Assembly (NCBI GenBank): GCA_031835245.2
Contig: JAVKOQ020000010.1
Location: 310,001-374,000 of the forward strand
From: Balamuthia mandrillaris
Taxonomy: Eukaryota
Length of the DNA stretch: 64,000 bases
Reading direction: 5' to 3'
In this document: positions 10,511 to 22,515 of the stretch, piece after piece
Numbering within the stretch: the first letter of the stretch is position 1
Layout of the letters: each line of letters begins with the position of its first letter
Program-made: the position numbers and the translations under genes
The notes under the pieces: model-generated
The model's input: the letters and a program-made list of their open reading frames with translations, nothing else
Database searches by the model: none
What the model was told of the DNA's origin: nothing

Positions 10511-13500
10511 ATGAAGGAAAATGAGACCCACGTGGTGGTGGGCTCGCCGAGAGCAGCAAGGACAAACGCATCGCAGGTTTGGTCAAAGGGAGATGCCGAT
10601 AAAGACCCCAAGAGTCCCCGAGATAAGGTTAGGTTCTACAACGCACCGACGTGCTGTTCGTTTTATTCCTCTTATTCGCATTGTTTAAAACCTCTTCTTT
10701 TGTTCTTTGTTTTTTGTTTTATCTTCACCAAAAAAATTATTAAAGAATGAAGCCCAGCTGCTGAAGGACGGTGGGAGCCGTCATCACTCCTCCTCCGCGT
10801 CCACCGAAGAAGAAAAGGAACGGGCAGAGCACGGGAAGGAAGGAAAGGAACACGAAAACCATAAACGCAAAAACGGTACAACGCCCGGAAATGGAGAACA
10901 CACAAAACACGGGGAGAACCCCTCCCAGGAGAACTCACGTTGTGGAGAACGAAGACGCCACCGGCGATTGAGAGAAAGAAAGAGAAAAGAAGAGGATAGC
11001 CACGACGGGGAACATCACGACGTCCGTCGTTTGGTCCGCTCTCAACAAGCCCTGCCTTCTGGCACCTCTCCGTTAGCATGCTCCGGTCCTGCTTCTTCCT
11101 CATCTTCTCTCCCAGAGATCTACGTTCCTTCTCCTCTACACCAGTCATTGTCTGCACTCTATCCAGCTTCTTCGTCATCATCCGCGTCGAAGGAGAAGGA
11201 GAAGCCACAACGCGCCAGCTATTCTCCTCGAAGGAATTATGCTCCCATCACCTCTTCCCCGCTGCTTCCTCAGAGCCCGCGCCTACCACAACAACCGATA
11301 AGAGAAGAGAAAACAGCAGGAAATGGTGCAGGTGGAGGAGCAGCACATCATAGAGAAGACGAAGAAGAAGGAAGAGAAGAGAAAGAAGACAAAAAAGATG
11401 AAAAAGAAGGAAGCGGCGGTGGGTTTCGTTTCCCGATTCCATCGCCCTGGTCGAGGAGGAAAGACAAAGACAAAGAGAAGAAGGAGGAGAAGAGAGAAGA
11501 AGAGAGGGATCAAGAGACAGAACCTTCGCGAAAGTGGATAACCGTGAAGCCGTGTGATTCCATTGAGGACTTGGAAGCAAAGTACCTGAGTGTACAAGAG
11601 CTCAACAATAGCGGAAGCGGGCATAACGCTGAGGATTCAGGCAAACAAGCTCGAACATTGAGCTACACTGCTGTCTCTGATCTTCCTACTTTGCCTGCTT
11701 TGCAAACGGTGGTTCCTTTCTCCTCATTATCACTTCTCTCCTCTCGTTCCTCTCTGAACCATCTTTGCTCTCCTTTTTCGTCTACTTCTCCACCTCCCTC
11801 TGCTTCTTCTCGTCAACCTCTCCACCGTTGCTGAGACTAGCTTTTGTTTATAGAAAGAAAAGAAGAAAGGACTTCAGGAGCAGATGCAGAGCTTAGTGAA
11901 TCATAACGCCAGTTTGAACAACCAGTTGATGGCCTTGACGAGAAGCCACAGACAACTGGAAAACAAGATGGCTGCCCTGCAGATCCAACTGGAAGTGTAC
12001 CGCAGAGAAAATGTACCCTTCTTCTCTTCACATCCGTCTTTGTCGTGTACTGATCACTTGCTTAGGACGAACTGAGAGATGCCCTCGAACGAAGAGAAGG
12101 CTCTTCGTCACACCAGAAAGAAAAGAATTCAGAGAACGCTTCAGCATCTGCTCCTTCTGTCTCATCGCCAGTCCTTGCATCGCCAAGGCAGCGCGTTCCT
12201 CCGCCCTCGGCAACAACTCATTCAGCAACGAAAGAAGAACAGCCACAAAAAACACACCCACAACAACCATCTCAACAGGCGCAACAGCAACCTACAGCAC
12301 TTCCCCAACGGCGCATCTCGAGAAGGGATCAACCCGAGGGAGGTAACATTCCACGACCCGAGTTCCTGAACTCGTCACACAAAAAGGACCACGAGGATCC
12401 GGAACATTGTTCAAGAGAAAGAGCATCCACCGCATCTCCAACCGTTACCTCCTATGATCTCTCCGGAAACAACGACAACACTCCCCCGGCAGGCATTGGG
12501 TCAAGAAGACAAACAGGTAGCAATGTCAAAGAAGCCAAGCGTCCTTGGGAAACTGGCAGATATACCTGGAACAATGCCGCTGAACAAGCCCCAACAACGG
12601 GGTCGTCATCAGTTCCCATTCCAACAACGAACACTTCGTCGTCATCATTAAACCCATTCAAACAATCTACGGTTTCAAGCTCAAACTCTTTGGTGAGTCG
12701 ATTGATAGCGGCGTTGTCCGCCAAGGACGCTCCTCCTAGCATCCTTTTGCTTTATGACCATCACCACGAAGATGAGGAACAGGATGCTTCTCCTTCTTCT
12801 TCCGTATCAACACCTTCTCCCCAGCAGCAATCACAAACACAACTTAAAACTACCACGGAAATGGATGAGGAAGCAAAGAACAGTCCAAGGAGAAGGAGCC
12901 ACGTTCCTTTGGGTTCTCAAAGAAAACGATCCAGCCAACATCTCCTGGATTCTGCTGTTATGAGCTCCTCTGCTCCAGCTTCTTCCCCTCTGGCAGCCGC
13001 TCTTGCTTCTGGTTCTGCCTCTCCTTTGTCAAACAACAGCGGAGCAGCTCCTCCAAAGGTGCCTCCAAGAACAAACCTTCCATCTCAAGCTTCTGCCGCT
13101 CTCAACCCTCCTCCGCTACCCCAGCCACGAAGACCTACTCTAACCCAACTGCCTCAGTCCGCACATCAACAACAAACTACGGACAGCAACGCTACTCCCG
13201 AAAATGCAGCACGTACGAATGCTGCCTCTACAAACGCAGAGACCAGACGAGCAACGCAGAGTCAACAGAGAACTCAATTGCAGGTTGCGGATGGCGGAGG
13301 CTCCAACGGCGGTATAATAACGCCCGTAAGCTCCTTTAGCGATACGTTTAAACAGCAGTTGAAGCGAGCCAGCGTGCACTTGAATAGTCCTGATTTGAGG
13401 AAAGGAATGTTGGCCAAAGGTGGCGCTTCCAGGATGGAACAAGAAAAAGGTGTTCTTCTACTAGATCTCTTTCTTCTTCTTCTTCTTCTTCTTCTTCTGC

Positions 13501-13952
13501 TTCTTCTTCTTCATCTGCTTCTTCTTCTACTTACACTCATGCTACTAACCAACAGAGAGAAGAAACAATGTTGTCCAAGAGATTCTCTCCACCGAAAGGA
13601 ACTACATGCGGTGCCTAAACGTCCTGGTAGTTCAGTTTCGTCAACCTCTCTGGGAGGCCCTGGAGGGAGACTCTCCTATCCTCTCCAAAGAGGACATCAA
13701 GACTATTTTCTCCCACATTGAGGTCATCTTCGCCTATAACTCTGACCTCCTCCAAAAGTTGGAAGACAGGGTGGACCAGTGGGATGCTGATAGTTCCGTG
13801 TTGGGCGACATCTTCCTCTACATGGGGGATTATCTCAGGGTGTACGCCAACTATGTGGCTAATTATTCTAACGCACAGAGAACTCTCAAGGAATGCAAGA
13901 ACAACAAACGCTTTCAACAGTTTCTTCAGGTAAGTTTTGTTTCTGATTTGTT

Positions 13953-13983
<31 letters not shown>

Positions 13984-13984
13984 G

Positions 13985-14046
<62 letters not shown>

Positions 14047-15289
14047 GGAGAATAACGCGTAAACTTTTCGACCAAAAGAATGTTTATAAGACAAACCTGG
14101 AGAAGAAGCAGTTCCCAGGATACGAAATAGAGTCCTTTCTCATCACGCCAGTGCAACGGATACCCCGTTACATCAGTTTGTTACAGGTGCACCAGTTTCC
14201 CTTCTTTTTCTTTGCTCGTTCATTCATGATTTTAAAACCGTCTCTCCAAAAAGGCACTCTTTCGATACACTCCAGAAGGTCATCCTGACTATCATTTGTT
14301 GAAAGAGGCCGTCCACAAGATCGAACAGGTGGCCAACGACAACGAGCATCGCCACAACTCCAGCGTCAACATGACTTTGCTCTATCACGTTCAAAAGCGA
14401 TTCATTCCTTCGGTTCGTCTTTTTTTTTTTCCATTGTCCATTCTCCTGTTCTCTTTTGTTAACTTCTTGCTTGTCCTCCGCTCAGCCACATCCGATAAAG
14501 TTGGTAAGTTTTCAACGAGTGTTGCTCTTTGAAGGCGATCTGATGGTCAGGGTGGAATCCAGAGATGGAACGACATCCACCAGCAAACGTGCCAGTGCTC
14601 TTGCTCCCGCTACTGCCTCTTCATCTTCGTCACCTTTAGATGAAACTTCTCTCTCTTCTACTCCGTCTGCTTCCTCCCTTTTAAAATCATCTCTCAAATC
14701 CAAAGTGCAAAAAGAGAGGCTATCGATCCGCCACATCATCCTATTCAACGACATCATCGTCGTCAGCAAAAACGTTCAGCAACACAAGCGAAAGAAGAAC
14801 CGATTGTCTCAAAGCGGGTCCGGCAAGAAAAAGTCTGCTTCCTCATCCTCGGCCTCTTCTTCCTCCTCTTCTTCGTCATCCTCTGCTTCCGCTTCTTCTG
14901 GTTCTTCCACTTCCCTTATAGAGCCAAATGTCGGTGTTATCGGAGTTGATTCTCAGCGCTCTTCCACGAAGTTGAAATACTTGTTCCATTTGGAGGTGGA
15001 ACGATGTAAAGTGGAAGAAGCAGTTCCATCACAACAAGATGAAGATTCATCTTCCTCTTCATCATCATCATCATTATCTTTGCAAATAAGCGGAGGAGAA
15101 AGAGGAGCGGTTAGTGGAAGCGGCTCGTTGCTGGTTGAAAAAGGAGGCATATTGGATTATCAAACGGCTTTCATGTTGGTTCATCCGAAATATTTGTTGC
15201 ACATGTGGGCGGAGACATGCGAGGAGAAGCTAACGTGGTTCAAGTTTTTGGTGAATGCAATCTTTAATCAGTTATCTGCTAATGGGTGA
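10511..15289 (+). CDS. RhoGEF (DH-PH domain) with a long disordered N-terminus; multi-exon
   Basis: DH motifs QEILSTERNY, IFSHIEVI, LGDIFL, YANYVANY, FLITPVQRIPRY and TPEGHPDY. PH motifs LLFEGDL, HIILFNDIIVV and AETCEEKLTWF. The first exon from ATG 10511 splices in frame (GATAAG|gttagg...aaag|AAT). Confidence 0.9.
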
Positions 15290-15430
15290 TAATCGGAAAC
15301 AAACAGAGAGCTGTTTGATCTTTACAATCTGTATTTAAAACAACAAAACTTTTTTTGAATAACAATGAAAGAAAGCAAGAAAGAAAACGAGAGAAGAGAG
15401 AAGAGAGAGAGGGAGAGGGGAGAATGTACT

Positions 15431-16731
15431 CTAATAAAGCCTCGCAAAGCCATCCAAGGCATCAAGACTCCCCGAAAATTCTAGCAACCAATCAAACAGC
15501 GAAACCGGAAGCAACGTTCGCAAAGCTCCCACCAACCAAAACACATTCGGCATAATGACCACTTGCTTCCTTCCCAAAATCGCTTTGATGACCTCTTCCG
15601 CCACTCGTTCCTTCCGTAATGTTGGGAGCAACATTTTCGTGTACCAAGGAAGTTTCAATCCATCGAACATGTCCGTGTCGATGTGCCAAGGGCATACCAA
15701 CGACGTATCTATCTTTCGTCTCTTCTTCTCCTTCTGCTTTGTTTCAGCTTGTTTGCTTCTTTGCTGTTGTTGTCGCTGCAGAAAGAGTTCAACGTCCGCT
15801 CGCAAAGCAGAAGAGTCATGCTTTTCCATTTTCCTGAGCTCGAGGCGAAGGCACTCGGCGAAGCTGAAAGCAGCAAACTTGCTGGAGGAGTAGTCTGCAA
15901 TGCGATGGCCTCCCACTAAACCCAACACAGAAGATATCGTCACTATGTGTGCTGATTCTTCTTCTTCTGCTTCGTCTTCTGTGCGTTCTTCGTGACCTCC
16001 TTTGTCTCTTGATGAAGACGAAGAAGCAGAATGAGGGATGGTTGGTTTGTGAAGAGGAAGAAGCAACTGAGGAAGAAAAGCTCTCACGGTCCAAAAGTGA
16101 GAGAGAAAGTTGACCGCAGCGGTGTTCTCGAACTCTGCATCGGACAGCTCGAACAGCGTTTTGGTGGTGACCACTCCTGCGTTGTTCACCAGAACGTCCT
16201 TTTCATTTGTTCAACAAAGATAACGAAGAAACAGAAGAACGAAAGAAAGAAAGAACAAGTGGGTAAGAAAGAAACGACAAGAAACGACAAGAAACGACAA
16301 CAAGAAAGAAAGAAAGAAGGAAGGACAGGACCACTTACCACAGAGCCAACCTCAGCCTGAACGCGCTCAGCCATAGCATAGACTTGCTTTCGGTCAGTGA
16401 CATCACAGCAATAACCATGCACGCGGGCTCCGCTCCGCTCCCCCTGCTCTGGTCCACCTCCTCCTGCTACAGCACCACCGCAGGAGAGGCCCTCCACCGT
16501 GTCCCTCAGCGCCTCCGCGTCGCTGTCCAGCAGCACCAAGGTGGCGCCGAGCCGCCTGGCCTGCTCGGCGATGGCTCGGCCGAGGCCTCTGGCCCCGCCG
16601 GTGATCAGCACGGTTCGTTGGTTGAAGTAGTGGGCGGGTCGCGGCACGGGCCTTGTGCACCGCAGCCAACACCACCAAAGGAGGAGAACCACACCAGCAA
16701 CGAGGAGAAGAAGAAGAAGAAGGAACCCCAT
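15431..16731 (-). CDS. Membrane-anchored short-chain dehydrogenase/reductase (retinol DH / 17-beta-HSD-like)
   Basis: N-terminal hydrophobic anchor, ITGGARGLG, CDVTD, NNAGV, YSSSK catalytic motif, VCPWHIDTDMF. One intron at about 16195-16338. Confidence 0.92.
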
Positions 16732-17199
16732 CCTTCCTTTCTTCTTATATTTCGAATGGAATGGTTGGAATTTATTTGGAATGTTTGGAATTTTATGGAA
16801 TGGTTGGAATTCATATAGAATGTAGAATATGCGATGCTTGTCGACAAGAGAACCCTCGATTGGCCGTCATGGCAATGGCTAGCAGAACGGCAAACAAGAG
16901 CTAGAGAAGAGTACATACAGAGGGAGCGCATGCAGCATTACGCCATTGCGTTCACTGGCGGACAGCAGTTTTGGCTGGTGAAAGACTCTCTTCGGTGGTC
17001 CATGTCGACACAATATTTCTCCGCTCAATGTCGAATATTTCTACAATCCTGCATAACTTTTAAACGCACGGCGTACACATGCGCAGAAACTATCTACAAC
17101 AAACGTCTCTCTTCTTACAATTCTCAGTGACGTTATGTGTTCCACCACTACAGCAACTGTTGCTGGTAACGACTAAGTTAAGCAGTTTGCTCGCTTTTT

Positions 17200-18317
17200 T
17201 GTTGTTGCTTCCGTCTCTGCAAGAAGACGTGGCTTGCTCTTGCGGAGCACACACCACCGAAGAAACGAGGAGGTACTTTCATCTCAGAGACGTGCCTGGG
17301 TTTGCTGGTGCATGGCTTGGTGGCCGTGTCTCCAGCCTTGCCGCAGGGTGGCACCCTCTCTGTTCCACAACGAAGCGCACAGTCTGCGTTGGCCAGTTCC
17401 ATGTACTCCGCGGGTGGCAAGCTTGGGATCAAGAAAAGCGAAGGTCGGAACGTCACCAAGCAATGGGGGTGAAAGTAGGAGCCCATGCCAACGTCAGCAA
17501 AACGAAGGATGTTACGGTTATGTTCCCCCATCGTGCTGTGTATTGGAGCGCCACACCTCAGTCAAACAAAACCACGTTCCACTGGGCCAACTCGACCGAG
17601 GACATTTGGGGTAACGCCCTCAGAATGGAAGTCAACAACACAGGCACAATGAGCCAACCTGTCAGCCAACCGAGTGATTCTGTGTTGCCTTTCCTCATTC
17701 CATTGCCTCTTCTGGCGCTGGATTCCCTGCTTCTGCTATCCTCCACCAACTACGAACCTTGTCCCACCGACCCACGCACCCGTTGCACCCACTATCTATT
17801 TCCGGGCTACACCTACGAGGCAGGTGACTGGAGCATCAACACGGTATGGGAAACAAACATGTGGATTGTTACGGAAACCGGGATACCGACAGTGATCGAG
17901 ACAGTGGATTGGCGAACGTCTAGGTCGCATCACAATCCAAGCAGCGATCCAACGCATGTTTTCTACTTTGACCATTTCCAACCGTTAAAAGATGAATGGA
18001 CCCGACCCAACGAGATCCTGAAGCCCGACCCGTTCTGTCTTCCCTTTGAACTGAAAACGCGTCCAAAACTGAAGCACCTTCACCAAAATGCTCATCTCCA
18101 CGGATTCGCTGCTGAAAATCTATTATGGCGCTCTCAACCTGACCACGTTACAACCTGCTCGCCTGAGGGAGGATTCTTTTCCTCCCTCGGGGAACGCTTT
18201 CGAGGCGAGTCTACAGGTAGGAACAGAGAAATTCATATTCAGTACAATGCCAGCTTCACGGACTCTAACGCCCATCCTTCCCCAGTCTTCAACATTCCTG
18301 ACTACTGCCTGGCTTAA
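17200..18317 (+). CDS. Hypothetical protein, possibly ependymin-related; start uncertain
   Basis: Long open frame with two Cys-terminated segments (KPDPFC, PVFNIPDYC) resembling the ependymin-like C-terminal F-x-x-P-x-x-C motif. No clear in-frame ATG or signal peptide was located. Confidence 0.45.
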
Positions 18318-18877
18318 GGCATTGTCTTGACCCAGAGGGCATTTGTACTCCTTTTCTTGACACATACCAACAGCAAGTTAGTTTCCACTATCCATCTGTT
18401 AGCAGCCATTTCCATCCCAGTTCATCTATTTTCCTTCCTCTTCAAGACTTTAAAATAAAACAATAAATTTTAATGATTATTATAGAATAAAAAAAAGATA
18501 AAAACACTTGACATAATATGAATTTAGATAGTAATGTTTAAAAGATAATAAAGTATTAGCTTAGTGTTTCACTAGTAATCATGTACCTAAGTATATTAGT
18601 GAAAAAGGAACACAGTATAACAACGTAAAAATGTCTATCTCTGTGTATATATATATATATATGAGCATTATCTCTCCTTTTATGCTCTCTTTGTTGAGTT
18701 AAAGCTGGTTCTTACTTGTGTTCCATGTTGTCATTGCTGACAATCCAAGGGTGGGACACTCTCTGACTCTGATGCAGCAGACTCAATGCTGACAGACTTT
18801 CGTTGTCTTTTTGTCGACAGCATCTCACGTCATCGCTCAGCGCGTATGAATAGAAAAAAAAAAAGAAAAGAAAAAAG

Positions 18878-20719
18878 ATGAGAAGCGAAGAGGAAGAGGG
18901 AGAGCACAGGCGACCGCCGTACCTCCCCTCGTCGGGAGAGTACGAGGAGTGCCAGCAACGAGTACAGGAACTGGGAGAGAGCATTGGTGGGCCAGTATTG
19001 CAGCTGGATGAATTCCCTAACGACGATGAAGCGCATGCCGCCAACTTTCGTGTCTTTTGTAAATATGGTCAGACGCCTTGCGCCTCTCTTTCCTTCCCTT
19101 CCCTTCTCTTGCCTTCCTTTGCTTTGCCTTGCCTTGCATTCCTTCTCTTCCTTTCTTTCTTTTGAGTAGAGCAGGTGTAACCATTCGTTTCGTATTACTA
19201 ACAACAGGGATGTTGGATAAAGTGAAAGAGATGGTAGAATGGTGGAATAACAGCACCATGGCCAACCAACAAGAGGACAAAGCAATAGAAGAAGAGGAGG
19301 AACAAGAGAAAGAAGAACAAGCGGATCCTCATCACTACCTTTGGACCAGCAACTCGGGCTACGGAGAGACGGGCTTCATGCTGGCCGCGAAGTACGCCCA
19401 GGTGGAGGTGGTGAGCTACCTGTTGGGCCTAGAAGGGTGCGACCCCAACTACGGACCCAAGGGGAGCTTCCCAAAGGTACCTTTGCTGTGGGCCTGCACC
19501 AGCTACAGCCAAGAATGCTTTGACCGCCGTTCCCGTCGCCACGCTGAGACTGTTCTTGCACTGTTGGAAGCTGGCGCCCGGTGTCCGAACCCTTTGGCGC
19601 CCACCAGCGCCCTGCGCTGTGCTGCTAGTTGTGGCTCGGGCCTTATCTTCAAGCTGTTGCTGTGCTACCAGGTGTCGGAGGACTCCCGGACGGCAGCTTC
19701 CGTGGAGGAGGCTTTCTTCTCCTCGGAGCAGATTCAAAAGTGCGCGTTGGTGTTGCCCAAGCAAAGGAGTGGCATCAGTGGTGGTGGCGGAAGCAGCAGC
19801 GGGACCGGCATCCATCATGTGCTTCAGGAGCTGGTAGCCAGTGCACAACGCGTGGAAAAGCAGTTAGACAAGCGTCCTTCGCACCAACAAAAGAAAGAAA
19901 AGGAGAAGGAAAAGAAGGAGAAAGAAAAAACGACCGTCGTGGCAGAAAGAGGGTACAAAGGTATGGACAAGATTTTTGGCCTTTACAACAAAACCATCGG
20001 AGGAACAAAGAAAGGATACAAAAAGAAGGAAAAGAAAAAGGAACCTGATGCGGTCCGTAACGATGCAACAGAAGAAGAGAATGGAAAGTGGAACGAAGAG
20101 GGCGAAAGATGGAGCATCGTGGAAACAGAAGAACAAAGCCAGAAATGCAAGATAACCCCGTTGGAGTTTGCATGCAGGGAAGGATACTGGGACGTGGTGG
20201 AGTTGATGCTCAGCAATCCTTCTGTTCGTGCTCGTCTACGCAGAGAACAATGGCAGACCATTCAATGTTCCTCCCAAGAAGCAGAAAAAGAAGGCGTTGG
20301 GGAGAAACGCGGAGATAGAGAAACGCGGCTAGTTCTTGCGCATGGAAGAGCTACGACATTGCATTGGGCATGCAAGTAAGTGTAATTACCTCTGTTATAT
20401 TGCTGATGTTGCTTCGCTCTGAACATTTTGCTGTTGCAGGCACGACAAGATAGATGTAGTGGAACAACTGGTAGCCTGTGGAGCAAGTATTTACCTACGT
20501 GATGCCAGTGGGCGCATGCCATTTGATATGACCACGTCTCAACGTACAAGGCGTATCTATCTTGTGGCTATGACTATTTGGGCAGCATGGTACCGCTGCG
20601 CTGACACGGAGACCCAAAGCCACCGGTTTAACGGCTTGCATTCCAAAAAAGCTTGCCTTTTGGGTCTTCTCCCCAAAGAACTCATTGTCTGTATTTTAAA
20701 CGCTGCTTTTCATAGCTAA
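18878..20719 (+). CDS. Ankyrin-repeat protein; multi-exon
   Basis: GETGFMLAAKYAQVEVVSYLL, TPLEFACREGYWDVVELML, TTLHWACK, DASGRMPFD. GT-AG introns near 19068-19208 and 20376-20440. Confidence 0.85.
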
Positions 20720-20948
20720 AAAGCCTTCGTTATTATGTAAAGACTCTTTTCTTGTTTTAATCGCTTGCTTCCTCCACAACCACCACCCAGCGGGAAAGAA
20801 ACACTACGGAGGAATGCTTTTTCAAGACGACGTGAGACAGGTCGTTGTTTTGTCGACAATTAATAAAATTTTCCTGGAAACATTTCGGTTCAATGAAAAA
20901 AACAAAAAAGGGTATGACTATAGGCAGCTGAACGTAGCGCGGAGAGAG

Positions 20949-21745
20949 ATGAACGACAAGAAAGTAGTCGCCCAAACGTTGCGTGCCGCTCACGTGGTTT
21001 GTTTCGACGTGGACAGCACTGTTATCACCAACGAAGGAATAGATGAGTTGGCTTCTTTTTGCGGGGCGGGCGAGCAGGTGGCGGAATGGTAAGCGAACAC
21101 GCTCCCCGAGCCTGCTGCACTCAACCAACCCTAATCCTTTCTTTGCTTGTGCTTAGGACGCGGCGAGCAATGTGTGGTGGTGTAACCTTTCGGGAAGCTC
21201 TTTCGGCCCGTCTGCAAATTATACGCCCCTCTCTTCCGCAGTTGCATTCCTTTTTGGAAAAGCATCCCCTGCCCCTAACCCCGGGAGTATCGTGTGCATC
21301 ACTTCTCTCTCCCTCCCCTCTCCCTCTTCTTTCTTCACCTGTTCTCTCCCTCTCTCTCTCGTTCTTCCCAAAGAGTTTGCTCATGGCTCATGCTGTACTC
21401 GTAACAGGCAATTTATTAAGTTGTTGCAGAGACAAGGAAAGCATGTCTACTTGATCTCTGGTGGGTTCAAGCAAATGATCCTCCCACTGGCTCAGACGCT
21501 TGGTTTACCCCCTGACAACGTGTTTGCCAACGTTTTGTTGTTTGACGAGGAGACGGGGGACTACAAAGGCTTTGATGAAAGCCAACCCACTTCTGAAAGT
21601 GGTGGGAAGGCCCGCGTGGTGGCCATGTTAAAGGACCTACATGCCAACAACAAGGAGAACGACGCGGTTTCTCCTCCCTCTATTGTCATGATCGGAGATG
21701 GTTGTATCTTCTCCCTTCCTCCTTTTCTATGCGATTTCTTACGAG

Positions 21746-21788
<43 letters not shown>

Positions 21789-21957
21789 CTTTCTCTGCCA
21801 TCACGAAACAGGCGTCACAGACATGGAAGCAAGGCCGCCAGCTGACTTGTTTGTGGGCTTTGGCGGCAACGTCGTAAGAGAGAAGGTAAAACAGGGAGCC
21901 GACCTTTTTGTGATGCAGTTTGCTGAGCTGATGGTCCTCTACCAAGAAGAGCTCTAG
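20949..21957 (+). CDS. PSPH: Phosphoserine phosphatase (HAD family); multi-exon
   Basis: CFDVDSTVITNEGIDELA, ISGGF, FANVLLF, GFDESQPTSESGGK, MIGDG|VTDMEARPPAD, FGGNVVR. Confidence 0.95.
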
Positions 21958-22035
21958 GCAGAACGGGACCAAGCGCCCACACCGTTGAATCCATCACCAA
22001 ATTTTCTGATAAGTACAGAAATTCCTCATTATCGT

Positions 22036-22308
22036 CTGATGGATTAAAAGTCACACAAGTGAGTAAACCCACAAATGAAAGTTCTTGCGAGAATGCGGGG
22101 ATGGGGTGGGCTAGAGGGCTACAGAAGCGCCCATCCACTTTCCCATCGGCGCGTCCCCATATGGCTCCATCGGGCAACGCTACGCAACAAGGTTCCTTAG
22201 AAGAATGTTGCGCGCTCCATTTATATCTCGATCCAGACGTATCCCACAGTCCCTATGTCCATCCGCTCTCTCTTAGTGCTTGTATGCTGGTTGGCAAACC
22301 CAACTTAC
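22036..22308 (-). mobile_element. Non-autonomous Fanzor/TnpB-element relic: 3' end of the nuclease ORF plus a candidate omegaRNA scaffold and right end
   Basis: 22251-22180 translates to DCGIRLDRDINGARNILLRNLVA*, matching the second Zn-ribbon Cys plus the RuvC-III motif of TnpB/Fanzor. A GC-rich multi-hairpin segment follows. The boundaries are inferred. Confidence 0.75.
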
Positions 22309-22515
22309 TTTAATAAAAGGAGATAAGAGCAAACGAGTGAGCTTGCGCAAAGGAGAGTTTCCCGTTCAAAGGCCCGAAGTGAAACGCGGAGTCCGTCGAA
22401 CACCATAACTTCCTTTTATTAAAAAGATGGACAGAAAGAAAGAAAGAAAGAAAGAAAGGACAAAAACCACTCACCACAGAGCCATCTTCAGCCTGAATGC
22501 GTTCAGCAAGAATTG

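Noticed and set aside
16834..17130. 98-aa ORF spanning two TGTCGACA sites
   Set aside because: No recognisable domain; it lies in a divergent promoter region.
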